A DNA stretch of 64,000 bases. Source: Felis catus. Its lineage: Eukaryota. Made by a program: the position numbers and the translations under genes. Below are positions 49,859 through 63,890 of the stretch, piece by piece. The stretch is from the NCBI RefSeq assembly GCF_018350175.1, contig NC_058368.1, positions 27,344,001 through 27,408,000 on the forward strand, written 5' to 3'. Position 1 is the first letter of the stretch, and each line of letters begins with the position of its first letter. The notes under the pieces were generated by a model that had not been told where the DNA came from, did not search any database, and worked only from the letters and a program-made list of their open reading frames with translations.

Positions 49859-50061
49859 CAGTGGTTCTTTCAAGTGTGGTCCCCAGTCCAGCACCATCAG
49901 GCGCCTCCGAGGAATTTGTTTGAAATGTAAATTCTTGGACCCTGCTCCATCCCCAAGGAATCAGGAACTCTAGGAGGCAGGGGTGGGGATGTGAGATCCA
50001 GAAATCTGCGATTTAAATTCTCCAGGGAATTCTGAGGCGCGCTAAACTTTCAGGACCACTG
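49859..50061. mobile_element. MER5A (hAT-Charlie MITE)
   Basis: TIRs cagtggttct…aggaccactg; 8-bp TSD-like ccctagca/ccttagaa. Confidence 0.85.
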
Positions 50062-52814
50062 CCTTAGAAAATTTCCCTTTCATCCTCAAATGCCACTCAT
50101 TTAAATCTTTCAGAAGCTTAGCAGAAAAGAAGGCACCGTGCCACTAGTTTTTGAAGCCATGTATCTTTTGTCTGAGAAATGAACCTAGCATTTATGTGTC
50201 AGTGTACGTCTCTTGTTACGTGGAAATGAGATTTCTCAGGACTGATTATTGGGCTTGGACTTATTTATTTGAGGATGGCAATTTCTGTCCCGGAAGCCTG
50301 CGTATATCAAAAAGCAAAGAGCAAGTTTTAGTGTGAACTTCTTACATTTAATGAGCTCTGCTGGTAAATAAATAAATAATTTTCTTTTCTCAATAAAGCC
50401 TTCATCATTTTTGAAGTTTCTAGATGAGGGGCAAGTTTACATGAAACTTGGATCCTTAACATTCTTATACGGTAGGTGTAGAAGAAAAGAAATCAATCAG
50501 AAATTCTTATTTGAACCCGTGGCTTTTTTTTTTTTTAATTTTGGGGCGACATTTCTTTTTAAACAAGTCGTCAACTTCCCAAATGAGGAATGTGTATAAT
50601 TTCATAGTTTGCTCAGAATAGGACAAGAATAATAATGACTCAGGCAGTAGGCTCCAGTGGGAAGTCTTCTAGACCGTGACAGCAAGCATAGACCCACAGT
50701 TCCGCTGCAGAAGAATTCAAAGCTCCCTTCCCTAGGCTGAGATGCGCGAGTCTCTCTGGCAGCTTCCCTGAAGAGCCTTCTAGCTAGATCTCTGTTGGTT
50801 TTTTTCCCCCAGGCATCTAATAAGAGCCTGAAGCAGGACCTGAACTTTTCAGTTCTGCAGGCTTTTCCTTGGCCAGCGCAATGAATGCACACAACACAGA
50901 GCATGATCTGTACGAGTGCTGGTGGGAGAGATGGAAAAACTGGAGTTCAGATGCCAGGTCCCCAGGAGTTCAAAGTCTTTTTCGTGCTTTTCAGAATGAG
51001 ATGGACCCGAGGACGCGGCGTGTGGTTTATGGGGAAAGCGCAGGACTGATTATCGGAAAAGGAAAGCAACTAACCTTTTTTATTCCTCTGGGCCCCGCAG
51101 ATCCTGCCAAAAGGCTAGCAGCTGTTTGCCTTTCAGCCCAGCGTATTCAGGGACACAGCCTGACAGCAAGAATTCCCATCTGGTCTTTTGACCAAGCTTC
51201 AGACAGGATCCCTGCAAACTGCTGCTGGGAGGGGAGGGATCCAGGCCCAGGAGCCGCAGGAAAACACACCTTTCAGTGGTGTCATCCGAGACTCTCTGCA
51301 TTCATTGCAGGTGCAAATTTGCATCTGTCAGTCACCCAGGAGCAGGTGTCTCAAAGGGCTCAGTTCACTGATGGAAGTTGCTAAGGGCTGACCTAGCAGT
51401 AAATCTTTCTATTCTTTAAAGAATCCCTTGCCCTTTTGCTTTCTGCCGAAAACAGGGAGCTTCTGCCTCCAACCTCCTGGGCGGTGGGTGACCCAAGACT
51501 TCTTGGAAATTCCAGAGGAGGGCATCCTTCGTGGAGCCTCCTCCTGTCCAAGAGGACTGTGGAGAGGCTCACCTGCCGGGTTGCGTGAGGCCGATGCACC
51601 AGGACCTCTCTGCTCCTCACCTCCTCCTGGAGCCCACGCCAACCTGCACAGATTTTATTTCTGAAGGGGAGACGGAGAGAATTGACTTTCCTTGGTTTCT
51701 AGAAAGGATACAATTTATTATGTTTGGGCTTATATCTTGGGTTTAATTTTTTTTTTTCTAAATCAGTGTTTTTGGCATATCTCTGCTCTTCTGGCTGTGC
51801 AGAATATTTCATTGTACTTTTGCTTTTTACCACCTGTAATGACTTACAACGTGTCGTTGGCTAGGGTTCCCCAGTCCTGCTATAACTGCCATATGATGCT
51901 GGGCAGGCAGTTCACTGTTCCTCCTTATCAGTTACCTCCTAAAGGGGAAACAGAGCTGCTGGAGCAAAACTAAGATGCTGATAAAAATGAAAATGAGTTT
52001 TGTTAATAAATTTGAAAATCAAGACAGATTTATTGAAGCATTCATTCAAGAAGATTGGCATCCGGCTCCAAAGCCTGCGAAGATGATTTCTGATAAAAAT
52101 TCAAATTTACTGCTGCATCGTCTGCCTTTTACGGGAATTAAGCCCCACTTTAAAAGCCATATCCATTGCTGCTGCTTCCTCCTCCTTCCTCCAGGTTGGC
52201 AGTAGGGGTGGGGCAGGAGCGCCACAGGGAACAAAGGGAAGAAAAGAGGAAGTCTGTCCAGAGCGTAAGGCCTCGTGTGGCAGCACTCAGTTAGCCATAG
52301 TACTGTGGAGTCGGTGCGTAGAAAGCCCTCCCGACCGTACCGACAGCGTTGAGCACATAGTAAGTGCTCAGTAACTCTGACCTCCGCTTGTCGTCGTCAC
52401 CTAGGGCACCCGGCTCTGGGCCTTTCACCAAGTAAGTGCATTGTGTTGACTTCAATTGCACATGCCCCCTCTTCTGGTCTTTGTTTTTGATGCCTTTGTC
52501 CCGGAAGTTGATGGGAACGTGGTAACCCTGAGAACATTTGCTCTAAATTTAAACGGAAAGCCTTAAGAAGCTTACTCAAACGACGATGATTCATTTCTCA
52601 AAATGTTCACAACTTTGATGCGTTCAAAATCCAGTGCCACGTGCTGAAGAGGCCGTGGCCCGGAGAGTGGACACTCAGCATCATTCTAATTATCAACAAA
52701 TATTTGTCAAGCCCTTCTTCTCCAGACACTGTGGACCTGGTGTGGGGGTGGGGGGGCAGTATGGAGAGGACTAGGCACAGTTTACCCCGCCCTCAAGAGT
52801 GTGAGGTGCTTTTT

Positions 52815-53037
52815 GGGGCGCCTGGGTGGCACAGTCGGTTAAGCGTCCGATTTCAGCCAGGTCACGATCTCGCGGTACGTGAGTTCGAGCCCGGCATCAG
52901 GCTCTGGGCTGATGGCTCAGAGCCTGGAGCCTGTTTCCGATTCTGTGTCTCCCTCTCTCTCTGCCCCTCCCCCGTTCATGCTCTGTCTCTCTCTGTCCCA
53001 AAAATAAATAAACGTTGAAAATAAAAATTAAAAAAAA
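52815..53037 (+). mobile_element. CAN-SINE (young felid type)
   Basis: Perfect 20-bp TSD aagagtgtgaggtgcttttt. Confidence 0.96.
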
Positions 53038-56000
53038 AAGAGTGTGAGGTGCTTTTTGAAGAGAAGAAATATACATTTTAAGTTAAAAAGTACAGTGACT
53101 AAATGCCTAAAATCCTAATGCCAAACATGTTCGAAAGCCATTGCCGTAAATTTGATGTAAACCAAAATAAATACCTCTATCCAGTGTTTGCACCTCATCC
53201 AGTATCTGATGAGTGTAGATTGTACATTGAAGACAAATTTCAGAAGGATAAAACTAAAATGTCCTTCCTTAATAGACAACCCTTAAAACATTTCATAATG
53301 CGCAAACAAATGTTCTTGGATTGTAATTACACCTCATTTAATCTCTGAGCTCTTCATAGGAGCAAATAGTCTTTTAATTACAAAAGGTGTTTTCTAGTTG
53401 TCGATTTGCCATGGAAACTTTCCACATGTAGGTACAGATTTATTCTTTTAATTTCAATAACACATCCAGCAAGGATTCCGAAAATCTTTCAGCTAATTGA
53501 ATCAAATTAAAGACTCACAATCAAATTCAGTTGGACCTAGCAGTATTCAGTGTGTCTGAATAGTTTCATATGTAGCTGGCAGCTTGAGGTTAAAGAAATT
53601 AACAACAAGAAGGCGCTCTCTCTGGCTATTCCCTTGATCTCTTTGAACACCAGGACTGCCTTAGTGTTTTTCCTGATTAATTCCTACAGGAGAGTGCTTT
53701 TGAAAGACATTTAGGATGCCCGACAGATTACAGTTCGTCACAAGCCTGAGAAAAGGATTAGTGCTACCCCCCCCAGCACCAGCCTGGGCACAGAAGGAAG
53801 GATTCCAGAGAAGGATCCTGCAGGGGGCCAGCCGAAGGGGGCCACGTCACTGACAGCTAGTAGAAGCTTTTAGGAAACACTGCATGTGATCTAAGCAGGC
53901 TCACTCAGGAGTTGCTCAGAACTCCGCAGAGGGACGAGAGCACTCAGAAGTGAAAAGTGAATTGACCCAGTGAGGCCACAGCCACGCTGAGATCCCTGCA
54001 CCAGCAGACCCCCAAGGCAGGTGCACCAGTGGTGAGAGGAAGCAAGGAAGAACAATGTGTTCGCAGACTTTTGTGTTCACATGTGATGACAGCCCGAAGG
54101 AGAAACAGCGGCGGTGTGTGTCCATCCGCGACCACTGAATTGAAGACGAGCGTCTTGTTTTCATCCACAGAAGAATGTCTTCTGGGAATCCAAGGGCCAA
54201 ACAAAGAAATGTGATTAATTAAAACTAATATGGCTGAAAGATGATGAAATGCACCTTCTGATGTGGGCTGAGCAGGCTGCTTCATTTCTGAACTCTGGAA
54301 ATAGAGCTTCAGTCTCAAGGAGCCAAGGCTTTTGCTACCCTCCCACCCCGTCCTTTTTCAAATCTTGCTAATCTTACCAAAGGAAGTCAAGCCAATGCTT
54401 ATTTCAGGTAGAATTTTCAGTTCCCTCATCTCGTGTGCGCTTACAGCTTCCCTTTCATAAAGGACATGAAATAATTATTTTTGTAAATTGCCTTACCTTT
54501 TAAATGCAAGAGACGGATGCTATTAAATTGATCCTCTAGCATAGGATTCCTTGGTCATGGAAGCACTCTGGTCCAACCAGACTGTGTTTATCTGTCCTAC
54601 AAAGTAACATTTGGAGCCTCAGCTCTTTTTAAGCTTAGCCCCTTATTAATCTTATTTTTGTGTAGTACCTGATAATGCCATATTCCTGACATCTCTCTCA
54701 CATATGCACACATTCTCCATAATCGTGCATTTAGTGTAAAAATTGATTGGTTCTGCTGAAATTGCGTTGTGTCTAGGAGACCGCAGATTTTGTCAGATAC
54801 TCTAACCCTGCAACTGTGCTGCACCCCCACAAAACCCAGTTGAGCCCTCGCTGAGGATCTCGAACAGTTTGTATTCCTGGTCAACACTGGCTTGGAACCG
54901 GTTTCCTGCTGTGACAGCCCAGCACAGGGTCCCAGCTGCTTTTGCAGAACAGGCTGAGGCTCTGTGAAACCCTAGCTTCCTGCCTAGTGACGGGAGGCCC
55001 CGGGGGCTTGGTGACATCAGAGGAGAAAAGGGAGGAAGTTAACAGCCCATCCTCAGAAAGGGAGAACTGCAGAGACCTTGACCCGAGAAGAGCGTAGACA
55101 AGTGGCCCGTGCACGGGATGAGGTCACAGCACAGCTACTCACGCACAGCCCGTGGTCCCCTGACGCCTCGCACCTGCCAAAGCGCCATGATCTAGATTAC
55201 GGTTTATTATGCTTTCTGGGCATTTCATTCTGATAAGGTTTGAGGTGGGATCATTACATAGGAGAGTAGATTTAATCCAGTTTTCTTAGTAGGCTGTAAG
55301 GACACTGAGGGAATATTTATGTAATAAGACGCAAAGTTGCTATGGAAAATACTATAGCAACCTAACATCTTCCCAGACTCAGGCAGCCCCTTGTAACCGC
55401 AGTCTAAATTTACATTTATTTTAGTGTCATTTTATCGACACTCTTAGTATCTCCTTCTGACAGGATGTCAAAATATGTTTTCAGCTTGCATTTGAGCAAA
55501 ATTAACACAGTGTTGTTGGGATTTAAGTGTGGTTTGCACAACTTCTGGAAAAAACTCAGAATATTTTTGAGGGAGTTTAGATGACAGGATCTGGGTAAGT
55601 TTAGAAGTTTTGTTTTTCTTTCCTAAGCGTAAGGAAGAATTCCTTAGTAGTGTTTATTCCTAATTGTTCCTTTTCGCTTGTAAACAATAAGTGGGGATTT
55701 CTGATTATGAAATAAGGATTATCCTCTTCGACACTGACTTTTGTCAAGTGTCGGTTAGAATCGAGTGATTCTAGTTGGTGCTTATAGAAAATACTTTTAG
55801 TAGATCAGCTCATTGCCCTCCAGCAGCATGTCCCGTTGTAAAAATAAAAGCTGGTTTTCATGTAAAGGTAATGCTTGGTCATTTTGGAAAATCTATTGAT
55901 TAAGAATAAGGAAAGAAGAAACCTGTTAGTTTTAATACTACAAAAGATCGTTTCGCTCCTCATCTGTTTTCTTCTCCACAGCTTCCCGACATAAGCACTT

Positions 56001-57229
56001 TGCTGTATGTTTTTAGGGTTCGGAAACAAGAGTTCTGTATGATTTTGTTTCCAGACAGTTCTTGCGTAACAAGTGAGGGTTTTTTTTCAGCTTCCTTTTT
56101 ATACGTTAATGAAATAGAAAACTAGAAAATGAGCATGTGTCTCTTCTGGATCATAGGCTCTTTTTTCGTGAATCGCTGGGAGTTGGAGCTATAATCCTTG
56201 AGGTAGTCAGAGTGGATTCCTGAGGTTATTAGAAGCCTGATAACCGGACCAGCCGTCCCCAAAGCATCTTTTAGATCTCTTAAATGTGAGTGTGGCAGAG
56301 AGGCTATAGATATGTGGCTGGTTGGTAGTGGAAAGATAGTATCTATTGATTTTCTTCTGTACCTCTCCATCTAAAATCTTAAAATGTGACTATAACACTG
56401 TTAAGGTGGGACATTGGCCAAAAGAATCAATACCAGACTATATTAAAACATATGCTATTACCAACTTCTTAGCACTGATGTACTGTTTATGAACATCATT
56501 GTCCTAATTCTTCCGTGTGTTCATTCTGCTTTGTGCATCAAAACACAGTTGGTGACACAGTTATTGTACCTTGACTGCTAACACTGTCGCCCATAAGCTT
56601 CACTAATCAGAGACCTGACGATACTAAGACTACTGTATAAATAAGATAAGTGAGGACAAGACAAAGTCCTATAGAATTCCGGGTATCCGTGCACAGCGGA
56701 GTGCCACATAGCTACTGAAAAAAGTAATTGAAAGAAGTAATTACTTTCTTCCTGTCTTGGAAATTCCCCCTGCGTGATATGATGCTTATACTTAGAATCC
56801 CTGGACTTTGAAGTTTATAGCAAGTTTGAAAATTATTATTATAGTGAGCTCTCCCATGTCCAAGTGGCTTAGAAACTCTTTTATTTGGGTGAACGTCCTT
56901 GATACCAGAGAGGGACTAAGGGCTCAGCCACTCTTTCCCCCAGTTTTCAGGACACAGTGTGTGAAGCCTTCTGGGAAGAGGCTAGGGAAAGGGAACTTTA
57001 TTTTAGACTCCCCGTCAGTAGCAGAGAAGTAGGGAGAATCATTTCTAGAGCAGAAGTGGCAAGATAGAGTGTATTCATCATAGTGCTTCGGGTAGGGTGT
57101 TGCAGGTTCTTAATGAGCCCACTGTGACTTCCAGAGCCGCCCGCTGTGTCCCAGAGGCCCTTGCTTTCCACTTAAGGCAAATGGGCCATTGACACTTAAT
57201 GCAGTTACCTAAATTTTCAGTTATCGAAT

Positions 57230-57570
57230 CACTTTAGAAACACGTAAATATCTAACACTGGGATATTGGTTAATTAATTATATATCCATAAACAGCCTTG
57301 AGAAAGATCATATTCTGGAAGACTATATAATGGCGCGAGAGATTCTCAGTGTATTGCTAAGTGATAAAACCAGTTACAAATCAATGTACGGATCATGTGG
57401 TTTGTATATGTGTTCCATTCATAATTTGTATGTTAGGGAAAATACGTAAGGATATGGGTCAAAATATTCAGCGATTATTTCTGGGCGGTGTGATTATAGG
57501 TGATTTTTGTTTTCTTCTCTTTGCATCTCAGAAATGTCCACAGTATATACATGTATTATTTTAATAATGA
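57230..57570 (+). mobile_element. Old L1 (L1ME-like) 3' UTR fragment
   Basis: ttgctaagtgataaaaccagttacaaa…atttctgggcggtgtgattataggtgatttttgttttcttct. Confidence 0.6.
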
Positions 57571-60428
57571 AACTAGTAAGTAGTAAGTATTAATTTTTAA
57601 ATTACCTCGGAGAACGTGTGATAACATTCACATTGATTGAGGAATACCTAGCCATTTCCAGTCAAACAAGAAAATTAAAAGCAGTAACCAGTGTCAGAAA
57701 ATGGAAATTTATTGAGTTGCCTCCTTTTGCTTTACATCAGGGAATTTCCACATTTAATTTCCAGACCCCATGGTCTTACAATTTCCTGTTTCAAGGACTG
57801 ATCATATTTGTATAGCTCTTAGATTAAGAGTCAAGAAATAATTCAAGTTCTAAACCGGGCAGACATGTGCTGTTGAATTCTGTTGAATTCTGCTTTTGAA
57901 TGCTGCTGTTGAATTCTTACCCGCCGGGAATGGCAATGATGAGTCTCTTCAGATGTGGAAGAGACCCTTAGAAATCACCTTGCACAACCACTTCCTGTTT
58001 TCACAGACAGGAAGATGCAGTCACGTGTTGAGAAGTTATGTTAGTTCCCCAAGATAGCAAGTGGACAGTCTAGAGCTCAGTGCTACTTTCCTTCTTGCCT
58101 GGTTAATGACCTTCACAAGGCACCACTAAATTTGATGGGAGAAAAGCTCCAGAATCTCCCCCAAATGCTTTAAGTGGCTTCATAAGAGGCTGTAACCAAA
58201 TAAAATCAACCAAGGATTTTGAAAGCCTGTGACGTGCGTGGCGCCATGATGCCATTTGGAGGCAAAGGTAGACTGGAGAGTGTATTACCTTAAAATGTTA
58301 ATCCAGACAAAGCTGACTGGGGCTCGTGTTTAGTCTCCCCATTATTTTCTGTATTTTTGACTAGAAAGAGGTTGACCTCAACATCGGCAGTGCATCCAGC
58401 AAACTGTTTTTAGGCCCATTCCAACAGAAATGCCAGTTTTTAAAAATACTCAGGAAATTGGCACAGTCTCTTTTCTAGTTGAGTGATATTTATTTCCTCA
58501 AAAGCAATCTGTTCTATGGCTTTAGGCAAGAAGAAGAAATCCTTTGAAGAGGTAAAGTGCACGGGGAAAGAGCCGTGCCATCACGCATTTCCTTTGGCAA
58601 ACCCTACACCCTGTCACAACTCGTGTCTTCCACTCCCCAGCTCTCCAGAAAAGTAAAGAGAAAAATCAAGGTACTTCTCAAAACACAGGCACAGACTTGA
58701 CGGTCGGTCTGGAATGATCTGAACCACAATATTAGCCCTTTTATTTCCCATCTCATCCCATATTTCCTTTGCATCCCTAGGGTCTGGGAGAGCAGATGAG
58801 AAGATCACCAGTTTGTTGACCATCTAATTTCAGGACTTATTGTAGTGCTGTCCCTGTTTCATTGTTCCTGGGGCTTTTTTTTTTATGAGATGTACCTCTC
58901 AATAAGTCTTAAAGATCAGAGGGACAGCATCTACGATAATACCAATCCTATTGAGATGCACAGACTCAGGGAAGTTTTGACCCAGGAGAGATCTTACAAG
59001 TATTATGCCCTCTCCCTGCCCATCCCATGTTTTAATTTAATGAGAAAAATGTGTTGTTGTTATTGTTGTTGTTGTTGTTTCCCCCCTAACAGTAATTAGT
59101 TGGAATGTCAGATAAATTCTGCAAGTTTCGGGTTTTTGTAATTACAAGCGTTCAGACACAACTTCAGTGACAACACGTATTTGGCAAATCTTGTAGAGGT
59201 AGGTTACTCTTCTTTCAGTGATTTACCAGTCCGTTTCTCAGGAATTGTCTCCACCTGCCATCCCACGTTTTTCTAGGATAGTTTATGTGACCCGAGCACC
59301 CTAAAGTTATCCATTTCTCTGTCCTTAGCTCTTTGCCACCATGCAATGTGCCAAGCAATGTCATACTACAAAGCGGTGATAAAATTAAAACAAATATTCA
59401 CAGAATTCTTAATGCCGTGTACGGGACCATGAGACCACTTGTCTCGAAGTACCAGATTAAGGAGAGAAATTAGCACACAGAGTCTTGTAAGGCTAATCGA
59501 GACTCGGTCTTTGATCTGAGAGCGTTGCTTGTGTGCTGTGAAGAATCCTAGCAGCACATCATCAGAGTTCTCCTTTCTTGGAATAGCACTGGCTCACGGC
59601 CCCCTGGACCGTCAGGAGTTATAGCCCATGCGAGCAGGTACACCCTGACCTAAGGAACGGTGGGAGCTGAGATTACCTGAAAAGAGGTTGTATAAATCTG
59701 TGCATCTGAACTCCATCTTCTCCCTGGAGAAAGCTGTATTTTGTTGCAAGCAAAGAAGAGTAAAAACATGACACGGGCGGACCTTCCACCCCGTGTGTTC
59801 CTTAAAGACTAGTTTGAGATCTTTTCCTTTCTGAATGGCCAGCATGTGGCGTTGCACGGTACAAGGACAAGAGTTTGTGAAATGAAGGGATAGGAAATTA
59901 AAACTAGGAAGAACTAATTTCTAATCTGTTGAAGGGCTTTTTTTTTCAGTTTGGGACCCCCCTCCCTCCAAAAAATAAAAACAACAACAACAACAACAAC
60001 AAAAACCCCACAACTATTATCTGTTTAATCCTCCCAGGACTGACCATGTTTTTCAGATGAGGATCCTGAGCTCTAATGGAGGTTTACTAACTTGCCCCAA
60101 ATCTCAGAAGAGGAGTGTGCCCTTCAAGTCCCTTCTTGCCCTCTGTAGTACCCCCTCTGCCACCCTCCTGTGCGTAATCCGTGTCTCCACGCCTCTCTGA
60201 AGTTGGCAGGAGCAGGGACGTAAAAGAGCGCGGCCAGTGTTCTTCTCAGGACTAACGCTCCTCAAAAACAATGCCCTGTAGTCCCCAAACCTCCACCGAC
60301 ATGTCTGGTCCCCTCCCCTTCCTCTGGACAATCCTGCTTCCATAACTCGGTATCACAAACTCTGTGTGTTACTATTTAGAGCAGGGAGAAGAACCTGTCC
60401 CTTCAGGCCATTAAAAGGTGGGAGACTC

Positions 60429-60655
60429 GGGGCGCCTGGGTGGCGCAGTCGGTTAAGCGTCCGACTTCAGCCAGGTCACGATCTCGCGGTCCGTGGGTTC
60501 GAGCCCCGCGTCGGGCTCTGGGCTGATGGCTCGGAGCCTGGAGGCTGTTTCCGATTCTGTGTCTCCCTCTCTCTCTGCCCCTCCCCCATTCATGCTCTGT
60601 CTCTCTCTGTCCCAAAAATAAATAAATGTTGAAAAAAAAATTTAAAAAAAAAAAA
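60429..60655 (+). mobile_element. CAN-SINE (very young felid type)
   Basis: CpG-rich copy; TSD taaaaggtgggagact/taaaaggtggaagact. Confidence 0.96.
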
Positions 60656-62312
60656 TAAAAGGTGGAAGACTATGTCAAGGTTAGGGCTAGAACTGAAATG
60701 AGGAACACCAAAGAAATAAAGTAATATGTGAAACTTTGCCCCTAGAACTAGGTTGAAATTAACGCAGATGGAAAATGTAACTTGATTTTTCTTAGTCATT
60801 GGAAGTTGTTGGGTCTTTGGGCTTTCGAAACAGAAATTAAAACTTAAATTGGACTTTTTGCCCCTTTGATACAGCATTTGTGACTCTAAGGAATGTTATA
60901 ATCGATGCCAGCTCATCAGCACCATGTTAACAAAGCACTTTCTCCGAAACTAGCCGTGGCGCCTTCTCTCTCGTGTTCAATAAAGAACAGGCAACAAGAG
61001 AGCTGGTTTCTCAGAGGAATTCCTTTAACCTTTCTGAAACAAAATATTTCATGCTAATTCCTGCTTAATTGGAGGGAAGTCATTTCTTTAAAATCATTGA
61101 ATATGAGTTTGAAGTCTGTTCCATCCCTGACCTCTTTAATTCAATCAAGGTCACCCCATAAACTTGCCCAAACAGCTCTTTTTCTCAATTAGAAAAAAAG
61201 GGGTAGAGCTGTTTAAAAGCACTTAGCATTTGATTAATAGTGCTTAACTGGGGCTTCCGCACTTGCAGAGGGTTTTTAAGGAGTTGCTAGTAAGAATGAA
61301 ACATTGCTACCTGAGAAATTACACTCATCAAAAACCAAAAACAAATCATTTTAATGAGCAAAGCAAAAACTGCTCTTTTTTTTTTTTTTTTTGTGGGAAT
61401 GTGAGAAAGATTATCACACTCAGTACATAGAAGGTTTTAATATCTGAACAACTCTCTCCCAGAGAAAAATTGCTATAATTTAGCCATCTAGACAGTTTTT
61501 AAAATCCGTGCACTTTTCCCTGCCCAAGGACTCGGGGAAGATGAATGTGGGGTTTGTTGAAGCAGGCTTTTGTAGCACTCAAGCTCTGGGGGTGAAAGCA
61601 GTAATGAGAAGATGTGTCCCGTTGAAGAATGTGAACTAGAGCCATCTTAAGGGAGGGGAAATCAAGGGTTCTGAAAATACGGTTTTGGAAGGCTTCCTTC
61701 CACATTTCCTTCCTTCCTATTCTCTGGGCCTAAGGAAGGCCAAGTTCACCCTGACACTCATTTGATGAGGGGGGGTCCTTTGGGTGGCAAGATCATTAGA
61801 AAGGCTCTAAGGAAGTGGATAGATGAGTGAGAACCGGTGTTCCTGGAAGCGTTTAGAGACACTGAACATAATCAAGAAATAACTTTGAGCCCGATGAAGT
61901 TCGAGGCCTCTGGAAGTAGCTGAGTTTTGTTTCCGGAGTGACTTGGCAAACAATGTGTCGCTTCCAAGCCCCAGCCTTCTCGATAGTAACGTGAGGCTCA
62001 TCCTAAGAGAGTTTACTTGAGGTTGTAAGAAATGGCCAAGGAAGGGGCTCCACGGCCCTTTGCAAATACCTGGTACTATGGCAACGTGGAAGACTGATAC
62101 CGGTGAGCAGTGACAGAAGGCGTAGATGAGTGACTCACAGCCCTGGCTCCGCGTGAGAAAGAGCTGGGAAGCTTTCCTGGCAACGGCTGGGAGTTAATGC
62201 CCACTCACGTGAGTTATAAAATAGTCCTCAGGTATTTCTGCCGCACAAAGGCTTGAAAACCACCCGTACATGACATGGGGCCTGATGTCCGTCAATAATA
62301 GGTAGAAAGATT

Positions 62313-62532
62313 GGGGCGCTTGGGTGGCGCAGTCGGTTGGGCGTCCGACTTCAGCCAGGTCACCATCTCGCGGTCCGGGAGTTCGAGCCCCGCGTCGGGC
62401 TCTGGGCTGATGGCTCAGAGCCTGGAGCCTGTTTCCGATTCTGTGTGTCCCTCTCTCTCTGCCCCTCCCCCGTTCATGCTCTCTCTCTGTCCCAAAAATA
62501 AATAAACGTTGAAAAAAAAAATTAAAAAAAAA
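62313..62532 (+). mobile_element. CAN-SINE (young felid type)
   Basis: Perfect 17-bp TSD aataataggtagaaaga. Confidence 0.95.
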
Positions 62533-62620
62533 AATAATAGGTAGAAAGAACGGGGCGAAGAAACAGGTTGAGGTAAGGTAATAAAGGATGAGAAGAAAAT
62601 GAACATGAAGTAAAAGGTGG

Positions 62621-62848
62621 GGGGCACCGGGGCAGCTCTGTCGGTTAAGTGTCCGACACTCGGTTTCAGCTCTGGCCATGATCTCACAGTTTGTGAGTTT
62701 GAACCCCAAGTTGGGCTCTGGGCTGACAGCGCGGAGCCCGCTTGGGATTTCTTTCCGTCCCTCTCTCTGCCCCTCCCTGGCTTGCTCGCTCTCTCGCTCT
62801 CTCTCTCTCTCTCAAACAATAAATAAGCATAACAAATTTTAAGGTAAG
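62621..62848 (+). mobile_element. CAN-SINE (older)
   Basis: Degenerate head ggggcaccggggcagctctgtcggttaag; TSD-like atgaagtaaaag on both sides. Confidence 0.88.
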
Positions 62849-63715
62849 AAAATGAAGTAAAAGATAAAAATGTTTAGGGGAAAGGAAGTGACTGACATGG
62901 CAAATCACCAAGGACCAAAGAAAGAAGAAATGAAAGGGAGCTAGTTTCTTGGTTTAAGTATGGCATCCATGACACAGGTGGAGAACCCCCCCCCCCACCC
63001 CGCCTCGTCATAGCTGCGTGAGGAACATGTGAAGCATCCTCTGGATAATCGGAAAAAGGTTGTTTGGGAGGAAGGAAAAAAAAATGAGGGTAGTCTGATG
63101 CAGAAAAACGTGGGGAAGGCCAAGTACAGAGTCTCTGCTTTTCTCAGACTCTAGGAGAATAGCCAGGAACTGTTCTCTCATCCATCAGTGGTTAGAGACA
63201 AGCAGGGATGGGCCCCCTCTCCTCAGTAAGAAGCTGGTGTCAGGACCCCTGGCCAAGGGTCATTAGTTCCCACCGGGCACAGAGGTTGGGCTGGGCCTCT
63301 CCGGGGCGCAAGCCCCGGACCTGCTGCAGCAGGCACTTTCTCCAGAAATATGGCTGCAAAGAAAACTAATACGCAACAACATCCAGTAGATCAGAAAAAT
63401 GTGTTTTGGAGCCACTGCCTGGAGGATTTATGAAAGCATTCAGTCACAATATCATCACGGGAGAGGCAGTAAGTAGCGTTCAGAGAGGAACAGGTGGATA
63501 GATTGATGAAATGCGAGAAGGCAAGGCAGATGGCGGAGAGGCCTCGGCGGCCATGTTGGAGGGTAAAAGCTGGAGATGAGAAGTTCCTTTTAAGAACAGA
63601 AAAGCGGCCAGAAAAGGCTGAGAGAAAGCAGGTGTCAAAAAAAAAATGACGAAAGAAATGTAAGACTGGAAGAAAGTTACGAAGGAACGGGGATCCGGTC
63701 CCTACAGGCCAGGGA

Positions 63716-63890
63716 AGCGGTTCTAAAACTTTGGCGTGCATTCAGCCCACCCCGTATGGTTGTTGAAAGGCACGTCCTCAGACCCCATTCCAGACCCTCA
63801 GATTCAGAGGGTCTGGGACGGGATGGCTCCAAGAATTCCCATTTAAGAGACCAAAGTGGAACAAATGAGGGCTGCGGGTGGAGGAAACTT
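63716..63890. mobile_element. MER5-family hAT MITE
   Basis: agcggttctaaaactttggcgtgcatt…ccccattccagaccctcagattcagagggtctggga. Confidence 0.6.

Noticed and set aside
57868..57917. Short tandem repeats of ctgttgaatt
   Set aside because: Local slippage duplication without unique spacers; not CRISPR-like or otherwise structured
62141..62208. cacag|CCCTGGCT…CAC|gtgagt looks like the start of the next ENOX1 exon (ALA…)
   Set aside because: Diverges after three codons from the ALAAQAYALKEE sequence I recall and has no polypyrimidine tract; the true next exon appears to lie beyond the window
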